Shown: positions 1 to 8,994, numbered from the stretch's first letter. The stretch: 64,000 bases of DNA from an uncultured Alphaproteobacteria bacterium (GCA_905234185.1 CAJOGC010000003.1:31453-95452), one strand, 5' to 3'. Program-made: numbers and translations. Notes: a model not told the origin generated them from the sequence alone.

Positions 1-380
1 CCATTTGGTTCCAGCAACATTATTTGTGACTTTTCCAGTTTAGCAATCGGCTTGCGCAACTTTGCAACAATGTGTAAGTGGTCGCCGGCTTGCACCTGGG
101 TTAATTCAGACACCAGTGTTCCCGATGCCAATGTTGGCTTTACCGATGAATCCGCCGACATATTTGCAATATCAACGACCAACTGATTTTCCGGATATGA
201 CAGCGAATAAGATGGTTTTGATGATGTTTCGATTACCAAACGCGTTTTATTACCGGGCTGGACCCCCGTGCGCATAGATTTTAATGAATTACGCGCCGCA
301 AAGGCGACCCGCGGCAACATCATTGCCACTGCAAAACTGAACCCGCCGACCTGTAAAAATCCGCGTCTGGATATTTTCAT
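1..380 (-). CDS. N-acetylmuramoyl-L-alanine amidase (AmiC-like), N-terminal part only; the gene runs off the left edge
   Basis: Absent from the ORF track because it is open to the window edge. My minus-strand translation from ATG 378-380 reads MKISRRGFLQVGGFSFAVAMMLPRVAFAARNSLKSMRTGVQPGNKTRLVIETSSKPSYSLSYPENQLVVDIANMS... This is a twin-arginine signal (RRGFL) followed by an AMIN-domain-like pattern. The catalytic domain would lie outside the window. Confidence 0.55.
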   Translation of the reverse strand, partial: MKISRRGFLQVGGFSFAVAMMLPRVAFAARNSLKSMRTGVQPGNKTRLVIETSSKPSYSLSYPENQLVVDIANMSADSSVKPTLASGTLVSELTQVQAGDHLHIVAKLRKPIAKLEKSQIMLLEPN

Positions 381-500
381 TGTCATACAATTATACCAGA
401 TTTTGACCCGACATTCAAGATTTCAGCGAATAAAAGCACCATGATGTCATCACCACTTTTATCATTGCGAGCAACGCGAAGCAATTCAGCAAATATTATA

Positions 501-529
501 TTGAAATTTTCAACAAAATGCCCTACAAT
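501..529 (+). promoter_or_regulatory. sigma70-type promoter
   Basis: TTGAAA (501-506), 17-nt spacer, TACAAT (524-529). Confidence 0.45.
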
Positions 530-535
530 ACCCAC

Positions 536-697
536 GCATTGGTTGACGACCGATGCGGGGTCTAGAAAACCTCTGACACAGAAAAACTCTCCACCAATTA
601 TGGTTGGAGGACTGCGAATATATTGAATAAGCGGTACTATATCTGTGTATAGTTTTCTAGCCTCCAACCGCCCTTCGTCACGGCGGTATTTTTATTT
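536..697 (+). ncRNA. candidate ~160-nt structured RNA, either an sRNA or the cis-regulatory leader of the XRE gene
   Basis: It starts just after the promoter at 501-529. Long-range pairing: ctagaaaac/gttttctag (9 bp) and cacaga/tctgtg (6 bp). Three segments can pair alternatively: ctccaccaa, ggttggagg and cctccaacc. It ends in the hairpin accgcc-N9-ggcggt plus a T-run (667-697), about 13 nt before the AAGGAGG RBS of the 721 gene. Confidence 0.35.
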
Positions 698-720
698 AAC
701 AAAAATAAAAGGAGGAAAAA

Positions 721-957
721 ATGGCAATGATATTAATTGATGCACGTTATTACAGCGAACAATTACGACATGCGCGTCGTATGTTGCACCTTAGTGCACT
801 GGATACGGCGAAACTGTTAAAAATATCGGTTAATGAATTACATAAATATGAACTTGGAAAACGTCCGATTCCATCGGATTTGATTTTTGTGTTGATGCAC
901 CGTGGGTTGGCATTAAGTATGTGCCGAGCATATAAAATCAGAAATCAGCAATCATAA
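721..957 (+). CDS. small XRE-family helix-turn-helix transcriptional regulator
   Basis: Strong RBS AAGGAGG. The 78-aa product contains LSALDTAKLLKISVNELHKYELGKRPIP, an HTH_XRE-like segment. Confidence 0.7.
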   Translation: MAMILIDARYYSEQLRHARRMLHLSALDTAKLLKISVNELHKYELGKRPIPSDLIFVLMHRGLALSMCRAYKIRNQQS

Positions 958-970
958 ATCAAAAATATTA

Positions 971-995
971 AAAACGCCCGATGGGCGTTTTTATT
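971..995. terminator. bidirectional intrinsic terminator
   Basis: aaaacgccc-gat-gggcgtttt, flanked by A-run and T-run, between convergent genes. Confidence 0.6.
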
Positions 996-2208
996 TACTG
1001 ACACAATTTGCGAAACTTTGTGCAACCAACGATTTTTCTTCTGATGTCATTTGGCGCACCGGAATGATATAGCACCGTGCACTGTCACGAACAATGAACA
1101 CCTTGGTCCCGCGAACATAGGCGCGTTGCATATCATCAATTTGGCTACTGGTTAAAAACGCGTTCTGGGTCATTGATGAATTAGACATCGCGGCCTGGAC
1201 CACCTGATACGCGGTTGCATAATCCCACATTTCGGACATGGTCGTCACATCCATCCACACAGACCATGTTTCATACGGATTTTCTTTTTCGTTAGTGGAA
1301 CCCGGAAACACAACACCCGTGACCAACGCCGCCGCCGTTTGCAGTGTCGTCGGTTCAGACGACCCGGTCCCCGAATGCGCGACGGTATTTAATTGCATAT
1401 TATCACCACATGCAAGATTCATTCGATTGGTATAGCCGGCCAAAACCGCATCAACGGCTTCTTGCCAATCAGCCCCCTTTTTATTCAAATCCAGGTTCAC
1501 TATTTTTTCGGCCCACCCCCAAACATTTGCACCGACATTCCCAGCATTTGCGAATCGGGTCACCATTTCCGCACTTCCCCCCGGAACGCCCGCGCCACAG
1601 TAATCTGTTAATTGTGTGGTTAACATACTGGATGTTTCATTTCCGTATGCCATTGCAACCGAATGACATGACATTGCGGCCTCTAATTCTTGGCGCCGTT
1701 GCAGACAAAGGTTGGAATGTGATTTTGACAACTGTTCCGCCATATTTGCCATCGACAGGTATGACATAACTTCTTGCTGTACATAGGACGGGCAAAGACG
1801 CGCCGCGGTATTCATCCCATTAACGCCACTTTTTGTATTTGCATTATATTGCGGCAACAACACCGATGTATCTTTTTGCAGGCACAATAACGCATAGTTA
1901 TACAGTTCGCTTTCCGTGGCATATTGACAACGGCCCGAACTCTGGCCCGGGACGACCGTCACATCGCCACAATAATCCGCCAAACAATTGTAAATTTTGC
2001 TTCGACACGCCGAATCCACATCAGGCTGTGTCACCATGAAATACGTTGTGCGTTGATTTGTCCTGTACGCATTGGCCAAACCCTGGTTCCCACGGGCCCC
2101 GCTTGTCACCGCCGTCGGCGCATATACCCCGCGTGCCGCATCCGTTGCCGCAAACGCACCGGTTGCAACCATCCCCAATACCGCAAATAAAGCAAGCATA
2201 TTTTTCAT
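991..2208 (-). CDS. secreted cysteine-module protein (family member A, 405 aa)
   Basis: Track ORF 991..2418 is trimmed to the internal ATG at 2206-2208, which has GAGGGA upstream. This gives the signal peptide MKNMLALFAVLGMVATGAFA and removes the overlap with prfB. The mature part carries the knot ACRSKIYNCLADYCG...GRCQY, shared with the genes at 55385 and 25451-33190. Confidence 0.75.
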   Translation of the reverse strand: MKNMLALFAVLGMVATGAFAATDAARGVYAPTAVTSGARGNQGLANAYRTNQRTTYFMVTQPDVDSACRSKIYNCLADYCGDVTVVPGQSSGRCQYATESELYNYALLCLQKDTSVLLPQYNANTKSGVNGMNTAARLCPSYVQQEVMSYLSMANMAEQLSKSHSNLCLQRRQELEAAMSCHSVAMAYGNETSSMLTTQLTDYCGAGVPGGSAEMVTRFANAGNVGANVWGWAEKIVNLDLNKKGADWQEAVDAVLAGYTNRMNLACGDNMQLNTVAHSGTGSSEPTTLQTAAALVTGVVFPGSTNEKENPYETWSVWMDVTTMSEMWDYATAYQVVQAAMSNSSMTQNAFLTSSQIDDMQRAYVRGTKVFIVRDSARCYIIPVRQMTSEEKSLVAQSFANCVSK

Positions 2209-2317
2209 GGAAAAATCCCTCTCTTTGCGAATAATTTTATCATACAAAACACAAAAACGCAAACACAGATTTACAAAAACGGTTGATTTAGGTAAATAAA
2301 TTGGTACCATTTTGCGC

Positions 2318-3389
2318 ATGATTATGCCAAACGAAGTTTTATCACAAATCGAAAACGACATTGCCGCGTTAAGGGGGTTTCTTTGACCCCGATAAAATGG
2401 AATCGGAAATTGCCACATTGACCGAAACGGTTAACGATGCAAATCTGTGGGACAATCCAGACAACGCGCGCGCCACATTACAAAAAAAATCGACACTGGA
2501 AAAATCACTGACCGAGTTGCGCGAATTGGAATCAGAGTTCATGAATCTGCGGGAACTTTACGCCATTGCGCCCGATGACGGCGATGTTATTTCCGCGATT
2601 GAAAATTTGGCAAATAACGCGCATCGCGCAAAACTGGTCACTTTATTCAGCGGTCCGGCGGACAACGACGGCGCATTTTTGTTTATCCAGGCCGGCGCCG
2701 GCGGAACCGAAGCCCAAGATTGGGCGCAAATGTTGTCGCGTATGTATTCCCGATGGGCGGAACGCCATGGCTTTACTATTGAAACGGTCGAAGAACACGC
2801 GGGTGATACCGCCGGAATTAAAAATGTCACATATCGCATTACGGGGTTGCGTGCATATGGGTGGCTTAAAAACGAAATCGGTGTTCATCGTTTGGTGCGC
2901 ATTTCACCGTTTAATGCCAACGGCAAGCGCCAGACCAGTTTTGCATCGGTTGATGTATGGCCGGATGTTGACGACAGCATTGAAATCGATATAAACGAAA
3001 AAGACCTGCGGATTGATACATATCGCGCGTCCGGTGCGGGTGGTCAACATGTTAACAAAACTGACAGCGCGGTTCGCATTACCCATATTCCAACGGGCGT
3101 CGTCGTCACATGCCAGAATGAACGCAGCCAATTTCAAAACAAAGATATGGCGATGAAAATGTTGCGATCGCGCCTTTACGAATTGGAATTGAAAAAACGT
3201 GAGGCCGAAGAAAACGCTGCCAAAGCACAACAAAAGAAAATCGAATGGGGCAGCCAGATTCGCAACTATGTTCTGTACCCGTATCAGTTGGTCAAAGATG
3301 TTCGCACCGGTGTTGAAAAGACCGATTCGGCGGCGGTGTTGGATGGCGACCTGGACGATTTTATGTTGGCATCGTTACAGCAATCATAA
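2318..3389 (+). CDS. prfB: peptide chain release factor 2, with programmed +1 frameshift
   Basis: Frame 0 from ATG 2318 reads MIMPNEVLSQIENDIAALRGFL and reaches CTT TGA C. The +1 frame continues DPDKMESEIATL... to 3389. SPF (RISPFNANG) and GGQ (SGAGGQHVN) motifs are present. Confidence 0.95.
2372..2387 (+). other. RF2 recoding site
   Basis: Internal SD-like AGGGGG (2372-2377), then a 3-nt spacer, then the slippery CTT TGA C (2381-2387). Confidence 0.9.
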
Positions 3390-3432
3390 GGTGCTTGCTT
3401 TTTCAGCACACAATCATATAATATTGGGGTTC

Positions 3433-3509
3433 GCACCCATAGCACAACTGGATAATGCGTCGGCCTCCGAAGCCGGAGATTGCAGGTTCGAATCCCGCTG
3501 GGTGCGCCA
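3433..3509 (+). tRNA. tRNA-Arg (anticodon CCG)
   Basis: 77-nt cloverleaf. Acceptor GCACCCA/TGGGTGC, anticodon loop CTCCGAA, T-loop TTCGAAT, encoded CCA. There is one A.C mismatch in the T stem. Confidence 0.8.
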
Positions 3510-3555
3510 TCCGCTTGCGCTTCGCTACAGCGAGATTTTTTTAAAGGGCACCAAA

Positions 3556-4008
3556 ATGAAAAGATTCCTTTTGTTATCAATTTTATTACTGACCGCATGC
3601 AACAGTGTGTATGTTAAACCAGGGTCGATGGATAAAAGTCAAACTGTTTATGCAACACGTGGCGGGTATGGTATGCGTCGCAGTATCAAAGAATCATTAG
3701 AAAAACGAGGCTATACGGTTGTGGTCGGAAAACTGAAAAACAATTCTTATTTTGGTGGTGATGATATTTCCGGCGACATTGAACAAAATGAAATACCACA
3801 TAATGCGCGCTATATTATAAAAACGGCGGAACGCAAGGAAAAATTCAACCCGTTTTGGTGTCCATTTAATGGTTTTTGGTGGTGGAATTTCAATGTTTCT
3901 ATTGCCGACCAACAAACCGGTGCGGAAATTATGACATGGCGTGGCCGTGGTTGCGCACACAGTTCAATTAGAAAACTGAACGACATCTTGGACACACTGG
4001 AAAAATAG
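3556..4008 (+). CDS. putative lipoprotein (150 aa)
   Basis: Uses an internal ATG of track ORF 3199..4008, whose upstream part spans the tRNA. MKRFLLLSILLLTAC is a lipobox. Confidence 0.65.
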   Translation: MKRFLLLSILLLTACNSVYVKPGSMDKSQTVYATRGGYGMRRSIKESLEKRGYTVVVGKLKNNSYFGGDDISGDIEQNEIPHNARYIIKTAERKEKFNPFWCPFNGFWWWNFNVSIADQQTGAEIMTWRGRGCAHSSIRKLNDILDTLEK

Positions 4009-4089
4009 AATTTCCTTTCCGAAACACATGCGCCCCACCCCACAAAAACCGAATCGGTTGGGCTGTTTCTATTCCGGAATTATTACGAC

Positions 4090-4114
4090 AAAAAATGCCC
4101 CGACGGGGCATTTC
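4090..4114. terminator. bidirectional intrinsic terminator
   Basis: aaaaatgcccc-gac-ggggcattt between convergent genes. Confidence 0.6.
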
Positions 4115-5082
4115 TAGAACTCCCAACGGAATCCAAAAAGGAATGTTGAATACAGCATATTTTCCGCATGGAACCAATCGCGCGTGCGTGACCCATCTTC
4201 GTTCCCCAGCGCCCATTTGATTTTCGGCACATAGATAAACCGAAAACCGCTGTCCAAAAAGAACGATTCCGAAATGCCATACGAAAACCCAAATGTGATA
4301 ATCCCGGCCAGGTTAGATGACGACTTGGTTGACCGATAAAACTGTAATACCCCAAAGTCATCAAGTTGCCCAAAGTTCTGTAAATCAACCGAACTGGACA
4401 AATCACCGTAAAGGTCAGACAAATTCAACACCGTTTCAGAATCAGCATATCCCAAACCAAATCCAGCATACGGAATAAGTTTACGCAACGGTTTTTGCCA
4501 CCCATCATAGAAGTCACGAATCGCCATCGCACTAAGCACATTTGTTGTCACTGTTGATTGAACACCACCACTGCGAATCGCAACCGACAGTCCGGGAACC
4601 GATCCCCCCTCTAACGGGACGACACCATTCAACAATGGCATTACATTATATTCGCTTTCCGAAATGTAATCCCAGTCCACCTGGAATCGCCATTGGGGCG
4701 TCCACGGCAACACCCAACCAATCGCCATACCGCCGATAAACGATACTTCTTTATAATCCTTGTTCACCGGCAAAGTTCCAACATCCGCGATACCCGCGTA
4801 TACATAATCGCCACAATTTACACATGTATCGTAATATGCCGCAGAAATAATCGACCCGTCATTCGGATTATAATAATATTCAGATGTCAGTGTACCAATG
4901 TCATTTTTCATATTGGCAATTGCCATAGATATACCACCACGAAGCAATATAATAAAACGGCGACCGTCATCCTGGTAATAACCGGAACCAACATATTCGC
5001 CATCATATTCCCAATTTGCACGCGCACCACCCGTTACCAGGCACGCAATCAAAGGTAAAACACACAATACTTTTCTCATCAT
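4114..5082 (-). CDS. outer-membrane beta-barrel protein
   Basis: Signal-like MMRKVLCVLPLIACLVTGGARA, alternating beta-strand pattern, C-terminal FGFRWEF. Start placed at ATG 5080-5082; the track's GTG at 5109 remains possible. Confidence 0.7.
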   Translation of the reverse strand: MMRKVLCVLPLIACLVTGGARANWEYDGEYVGSGYYQDDGRRFIILLRGGISMAIANMKNDIGTLTSEYYYNPNDGSIISAAYYDTCVNCGDYVYAGIADVGTLPVNKDYKEVSFIGGMAIGWVLPWTPQWRFQVDWDYISESEYNVMPLLNGVVPLEGGSVPGLSVAIRSGGVQSTVTTNVLSAMAIRDFYDGWQKPLRKLIPYAGFGLGYADSETVLNLSDLYGDLSSSVDLQNFGQLDDFGVLQFYRSTKSSSNLAGIITFGFSYGISESFFLDSGFRFIYVPKIKWALGNEDGSRTRDWFHAENMLYSTFLFGFRWEF

Positions 5083-5089
5083 GGTCACT

Positions 5090-5098
5090 ATTATATCA
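5090..5098 (-). promoter_or_regulatory. extended -10 element (TGaTATAAT)
   Basis: The minus strand reads ...tTGaTATAATagtgaccATG. Only 7 nt separate the -10 from the ATG at 5082, so the transcript may be leaderless. Confidence 0.35.
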
Positions 5099-5124
5099 CA
5101 AATTACCACCAGATAAAAACGATT

Positions 5125-6891
5125 TTATTTTGCAACAATATCATGAAAAATTTCCGCCGGAACAGTTCCCCCCGTTATTTTTGATGACATAGGTGTAAAA
5201 TCATCGTTCCCAATCCAAACGCCAATTACTAAATTATTTGTTGCCCCAATAAACCACGCATCACGATTATCATTACTGGTACCTGTTTTGCCACCCAAAA
5301 CACCGGGACACATTGCGCGATGACCGGTTCCACCAACGGCAACAACATCAGCCAGCAATTCCGTCATATACCCAACCGTGTCCGCCGACAAAACCAAAAT
5401 CGAATCGGACGGATTGCGTTCATAAATAATGTTGCCCCCCGCATCAACAATCTTGGTAATAGAATATGGTCGCACAGATTCGCCATTATTCCAAATCACC
5501 GCGTAAATATTAGTCAAATCCAGCAACGACATTTCAGACGCCCCAAGTACCGTTGAATATTCGCGCCGCAATTTTGTTCCCACGCCCAAACGCCCGGCCA
5601 TATCCAATACGGAATCTATGCCGAAACTTTCCGTTAATTTTAACGGAACCGAATTAACACTTTTTGCAAATGCGGTCGCCAAAGAGATATCACCATAATA
5701 TCGCTCATTATAATTTTTAGGATTATAATCCCCAACGGCAAATTGCGAATCGTTAACATATGAATCTGGACGCATGCCGTTTTCCAGTGCGACCAAATAC
5801 ACAACGGGTTTAAACGCTGATCCCGGCTGACGCTTGGCCGTCACACGATTAAATTGACTGGTCTGGTAATCGGCCCCACCGGACATAGCACGAATTGCGC
5901 CGTCACGCGACATCGCAACAACCGCCCCTTGGTAATCACCAACTTTATTTGCCAACACACGTGCAACATGTTCTTGGATTTCCATATTCAATGTTGTATA
6001 AACATACAAATCCGTGTTAAACGAACCGATGCGAGACTCAACCTCATCCAACACAAAATCTGTCCAATATCGATACTTGTTCGTATCAGGTGCGGGCGTT
6101 GCGGGCCCAAGTTCACGCGCCGCGACACGGGCCTGGGTTATATCAATGTATCCCTGGCGCACCATCTCGCTTAAAATTGTTCGGGCACGCGCGATATTTT
6201 TTTCCGGATTTTTAAGCGGACTGTATGTTGTGGGTGCCTTTAACATAGCGGCAATCTGCACGGCCTGGGCCAAAGACATTTTGGTGGCGGGCACCTGGAA
6301 CATGACACGCGACGCCGCATCGATTCCGCGCATTCCCCCAACCAACGACACACGATTCATATACAGATCCAAAACCTGATTTTTTTCGAAACGATTTTCC
6401 AACCAATGCGACAATATTAATTCTTGGACTTTACGCGAAATTTTTTTATCCCGCGTCAAGAATATGTTTTTTGCGGTCTGTTGCGTGATTGACGATCCCC
6501 CGGCCGCAAAGTGCCCACGAAAAAGATTTACAATCATTGCACGCATCGTGCCACGCATATCAATCGGACCATGCTTGAAAAATCGTTTATCTTCTATGGC
6601 CACGATTGCCTGCCACACATATGGGGGCAAAGTTTCAACAGACACCGGCGCGCCCATAATACGTCCAGATGCGCGAATTTCATTTCCGTGTTGATCCAAA
6701 AACATTACCGCCGCCGGTCGCGTTTCATGCAAAATATGATCCAGTGATGGCATCCGCAGATAAATTACAGCAACATATCCCGCGATAAAAACCGCCCCAA
6801 TTAATATTAAATTAAGCAAATACACAAACACCCGCCGTTTAAACGACGGTTTTTGTTTATCGTCTTTTCTTGTTGATACATGATCTCTCAT
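5125..6891 (-). CDS. class A penicillin-binding protein (transglycosylase/transpeptidase), compact 588 aa
   Basis: N-terminal TM segment. GT51 motifs EDKRFFKHGPID and GGSSITQQ. Transpeptidase motifs SAFKP, SVN and KTGTS. Confidence 0.9.
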   Translation of the reverse strand: MRDHVSTRKDDKQKPSFKRRVFVYLLNLILIGAVFIAGYVAVIYLRMPSLDHILHETRPAAVMFLDQHGNEIRASGRIMGAPVSVETLPPYVWQAIVAIEDKRFFKHGPIDMRGTMRAMIVNLFRGHFAAGGSSITQQTAKNIFLTRDKKISRKVQELILSHWLENRFEKNQVLDLYMNRVSLVGGMRGIDAASRVMFQVPATKMSLAQAVQIAAMLKAPTTYSPLKNPEKNIARARTILSEMVRQGYIDITQARVAARELGPATPAPDTNKYRYWTDFVLDEVESRIGSFNTDLYVYTTLNMEIQEHVARVLANKVGDYQGAVVAMSRDGAIRAMSGGADYQTSQFNRVTAKRQPGSAFKPVVYLVALENGMRPDSYVNDSQFAVGDYNPKNYNERYYGDISLATAFAKSVNSVPLKLTESFGIDSVLDMAGRLGVGTKLRREYSTVLGASEMSLLDLTNIYAVIWNNGESVRPYSITKIVDAGGNIIYERNPSDSILVLSADTVGYMTELLADVVAVGGTGHRAMCPGVLGGKTGTSNDNRDAWFIGATNNLVIGVWIGNDDFTPMSSKITGGTVPAEIFHDIVAK

Positions 6892-7010
6892 GAACCTGAT
6901 TATATCACACTTGGATTGTTAATGGAAAAATTATCTGCACATTGCATTGAAAAATCCTTGCCAACATACATTATTTATAATTATAATTTCATTCGATTTA
7001 TGGGGGAAAA

Positions 7011-7688
7011 ATGAAAAAAATATCATTAGTTTTACTTAGTGCATTGGTGGCAACACCCGCATTTGCAATTGACTATGACGACGAATACGATGGTTATTAT
7101 GGCGACGAACAATATGCAGAACCCTCCTTCACAAAATCCGCATCTGAAAAACGCGATACCTATGCCGGGATTCGCATTCATCGCAACGAACACATTTCGT
7201 TTAAATATAATGTGAACAATGGGGACGAAGCGACGATTCGCAGTGATAATTTCGGTCTGGGATTAACCCTTGGCAACAGATTGACCGACAATGTAAAAAT
7301 CGAACTGGAAACACTTTACACCGGCGCGTCCGAAAACAAACACGCGACCAATTTTGATTATGACATTTGGTCAAACATGCTTAATATTTATATCTATAAA
7401 AACTTTGGTGGCGCGGTTGAACCATATTTTGGAATCGGTGTGGGAATAAGCGGAATTTGGGCCGACATCGGCACCAATGGCGCATTTGCCGGAACCCACG
7501 ACAGCGGATTTGAAATGTCATTTGCGGCAATGTGTGGCATTAATTTTGCGCTTAACAAGTATGTGGATCTGAACCTGGGTGCGCGATATATAGACTATGG
7601 CGAAACTGATTTCGATAATGCAACGGCCCACGTCCGTGCAACTGAATTATACATCGGTGCCGCATATAAATTCGGAATATTTGACTAA
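7011..7688 (+). CDS. small outer-membrane beta-barrel protein
   Basis: Signal peptide MKKISLVLLSALVATPAFA, beta-barrel-like pattern (YFGIGVGISG..., LYIGAAYKFGIFD). Confidence 0.7.
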   Translation: MKKISLVLLSALVATPAFAIDYDDEYDGYYGDEQYAEPSFTKSASEKRDTYAGIRIHRNEHISFKYNVNNGDEATIRSDNFGLGLTLGNRLTDNVKIELETLYTGASENKHATNFDYDIWSNMLNIYIYKNFGGAVEPYFGIGVGISGIWADIGTNGAFAGTHDSGFEMSFAAMCGINFALNKYVDLNLGARYIDYGETDFDNATAHVRATELYIGAAYKFGIFD

Positions 7689-7689
7689 A

Positions 7690-7711
7690 GAATCGCCCAA
7701 TTGGGCGATTC
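7690..7711. terminator. bidirectional intrinsic terminator
   Basis: gaatcgccc-aatt-gggcgattc between convergent genes. Confidence 0.6.
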
Positions 7712-7712
7712 T

Positions 7713-8237
7713 TTATTTGTTATTCTTATGAAAACTATTTCCATGAATCTGGGTCGGCAATAACGCAACGATTATTCCGATTCCTGGGCCATATACCCAT
7801 TCTTCGCCGGTCCATACCGGTGCAATACACATTGCATAGACCAACCACAACCACGCCGACAAACCCGCATCGTGCATACGGCGCGTCATCATAGAAATTG
7901 CCGGAATAACGCATGCGATTCCATACACCAGCAACACGGCCCCAAATAATACTGTAAAGAAACCCGGATTTCCCACCAAACTCATTTCCAGCAACGCGGC
8001 GCCACCAACAAACAATCCGCCCACGGCGAAAATTATTAAATTGCCAATCCAAGATAACCAGTATTCAGAACGCGAAGATGTCCCCGACCATTCGGTAAAT
8101 CCACGACGCCAAAACGCGTGCCATGCCGCCCAAACGCGTGTATATTTCACACTGTCGCCCGCACAGCACCCACATTGGCAATCGTTTTTCTTTGCACTAA
8201 CTTTTTTGATTGATTTTTTTGTTTTTACATTTGCCAT
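7713..8237 (-). CDS. DUF805 (YhaH-like) inner-membrane protein
   Basis: GGAGG RBS before ATG 8235-8237. Motifs SRSEYW and MTRRMHDAGLS. N-terminal K-rich CQCGCC segment. Confidence 0.75.
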   Translation of the reverse strand: MANVKTKKSIKKVSAKKNDCQCGCCAGDSVKYTRVWAAWHAFWRRGFTEWSGTSSRSEYWLSWIGNLIIFAVGGLFVGGAALLEMSLVGNPGFFTVLFGAVLLVYGIACVIPAISMMTRRMHDAGLSAWLWLVYAMCIAPVWTGEEWVYGPGIGIIVALLPTQIHGNSFHKNNK

Positions 8238-8290
8238 TTTATTTCCTCCATTCCGGACGATTATATCATAAAAAGGCAAAAAAGAGAAAT

Positions 8291-8314
8291 AAAAAACCGC
8301 CCGAATTGGGCGGT
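8291..8314 (-). terminator. intrinsic terminator after rpsU
   Basis: The minus strand reads accgccc-aattc-gggcggt followed by TTTTT. Confidence 0.6.
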
Positions 8315-8319
8315 GTAAA

Positions 8320-8526
8320 TTAGAATCCGAAAACCATACGCTGTTTTGATTGACGTTTCTTTTCGTTGCGAACGGCCTCTTCCTTTAAACGTTTGCGTTT
8401 TGTTGTTGGTTTTTCATAACGCTGACGTTCTTTCATTTCGCGATACAGACCCTCTTTCTGAGACTTACGTTTTGCAACACGCAATGCCTGTTCAACATTA
8501 TTGTCGCGAACCAGAACTTTTACCAT
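8320..8526 (-). CDS. rpsU: 30S ribosomal protein S21
   Basis: [46 protein letters not shown], with an AGGGGG RBS. The longer track ORF 8320..8781 is read-through of the upstream repeats. Confidence 0.9.
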   Translation of the reverse strand: MVKVLVRDNNVEQALRVAKRKSQKEGLYREMKERQRYEKPTTKRKRLKEEAVRNEKKRQSKQRMVFGF

Positions 8527-8580
8527 ATATAATTCACCCCCTTTTGGCGAACTTGTATTTTTATTAATCTGCCTGTTTAG

Positions 8581-8826
8581 TCCGTTCCGTCTGTGCTTTG
8601 CACAGCCGAAACAGCGACACTCAATTTTCGCTCGGCACAAATGCCTGCGCGCAAATTTGTAATTGCTTAAACTTCGCTTATGCTCGTTTTCGCAAACAAA
8701 TTTTCTTAATCGTGCGCGTTGCGCGCGATAACGATTTGCTCCGTCCGTCTTCACAACCTTGCGGTTGTTGCGCCGAGACACTCAATTTTCTTAATCGTGC
8801 GCGTTGCGCGCGATAACGAAAATTGG
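8581..8826. repeat. tandem degenerate repeat units downstream of tRNA-Ala
   Basis: An identical 36-mer aattttcttaatcgtgcgcgttgcgcgcgataacga occurs at 8699-8734 and 8784-8819 and contains the hairpin gcgcg-ttg-cgcgc. Each unit is preceded by tccgt(t)ccgtct, a small hairpin and gacactcaattttc. The second unit looks like the first with a ~79-nt internal deletion. Confidence 0.7.
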
Positions 8827-8902
8827 TGGTGGAGCTGATCAGACTCGAACTGACGACCCCCTGCTTGCAAAGCAGGTGCTCTACCAACTGAGCTACAACC
8901 CC
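8827..8902 (-). tRNA. tRNA-Ala (anticodon UGC)
   Basis: The reverse complement is GGGGTTGTAGCTCAGTTGGTAGAGCACCTGCTTTGCAAGCAGGGGGTCGTCAGTTCGAGTCTGATCAGCTCCACCA. It has the G3.U70 pair and an encoded CCA. Confidence 0.9.
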
Positions 8903-8965
8903 AAAACTTTGCCTCTTGGGCTATTTCCCAAAAAACTTTGCCTCCAACTATTTGAAAGCCCACAT

Positions 8966-8994
8966 ATCTTATATTTATTTAGAAAAAATGTCAA
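8966..8994 (-). promoter_or_regulatory. sigma70-type promoter for tRNA-Ala
   Basis: Minus strand TTGACA (8994-8989), 17 nt, TAAGAT (8971-8966), about 55 nt upstream of the tRNA 5' end. Confidence 0.4.

Noticed and set aside
383-667. 94-aa minus-strand ORF between the amidase gene and the XRE gene
   Set aside because: It has no RBS or recognisable fold. It is exactly antisense to a promoter, structured-RNA and terminator unit, and its start is a TTG inside the hairpin. I treated it as a shadow ORF.
3199-3555. Upstream part of the 269-aa track ORF 3199..4008
   Set aside because: It reads straight through tRNA-Arg (3433-3509) and overlaps the prfB 3' end. Only the lipoprotein part from ATG 3556 is credible.
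8527-8781. N-terminal extension of the S21 ORF (track 8320..8781) and ORF 8678..8887
   Set aside because: The peptides repeat [11 protein letters not shown] only because they translate the tandem DNA repeat. The second ORF overlaps tRNA-Ala.
8699-8819. Possible CRISPR array (identical 36-mers with a hairpin)
   Set aside because: There are only two copies, the spacer between them is part of a larger duplicated unit, and there are no cas genes or leader.
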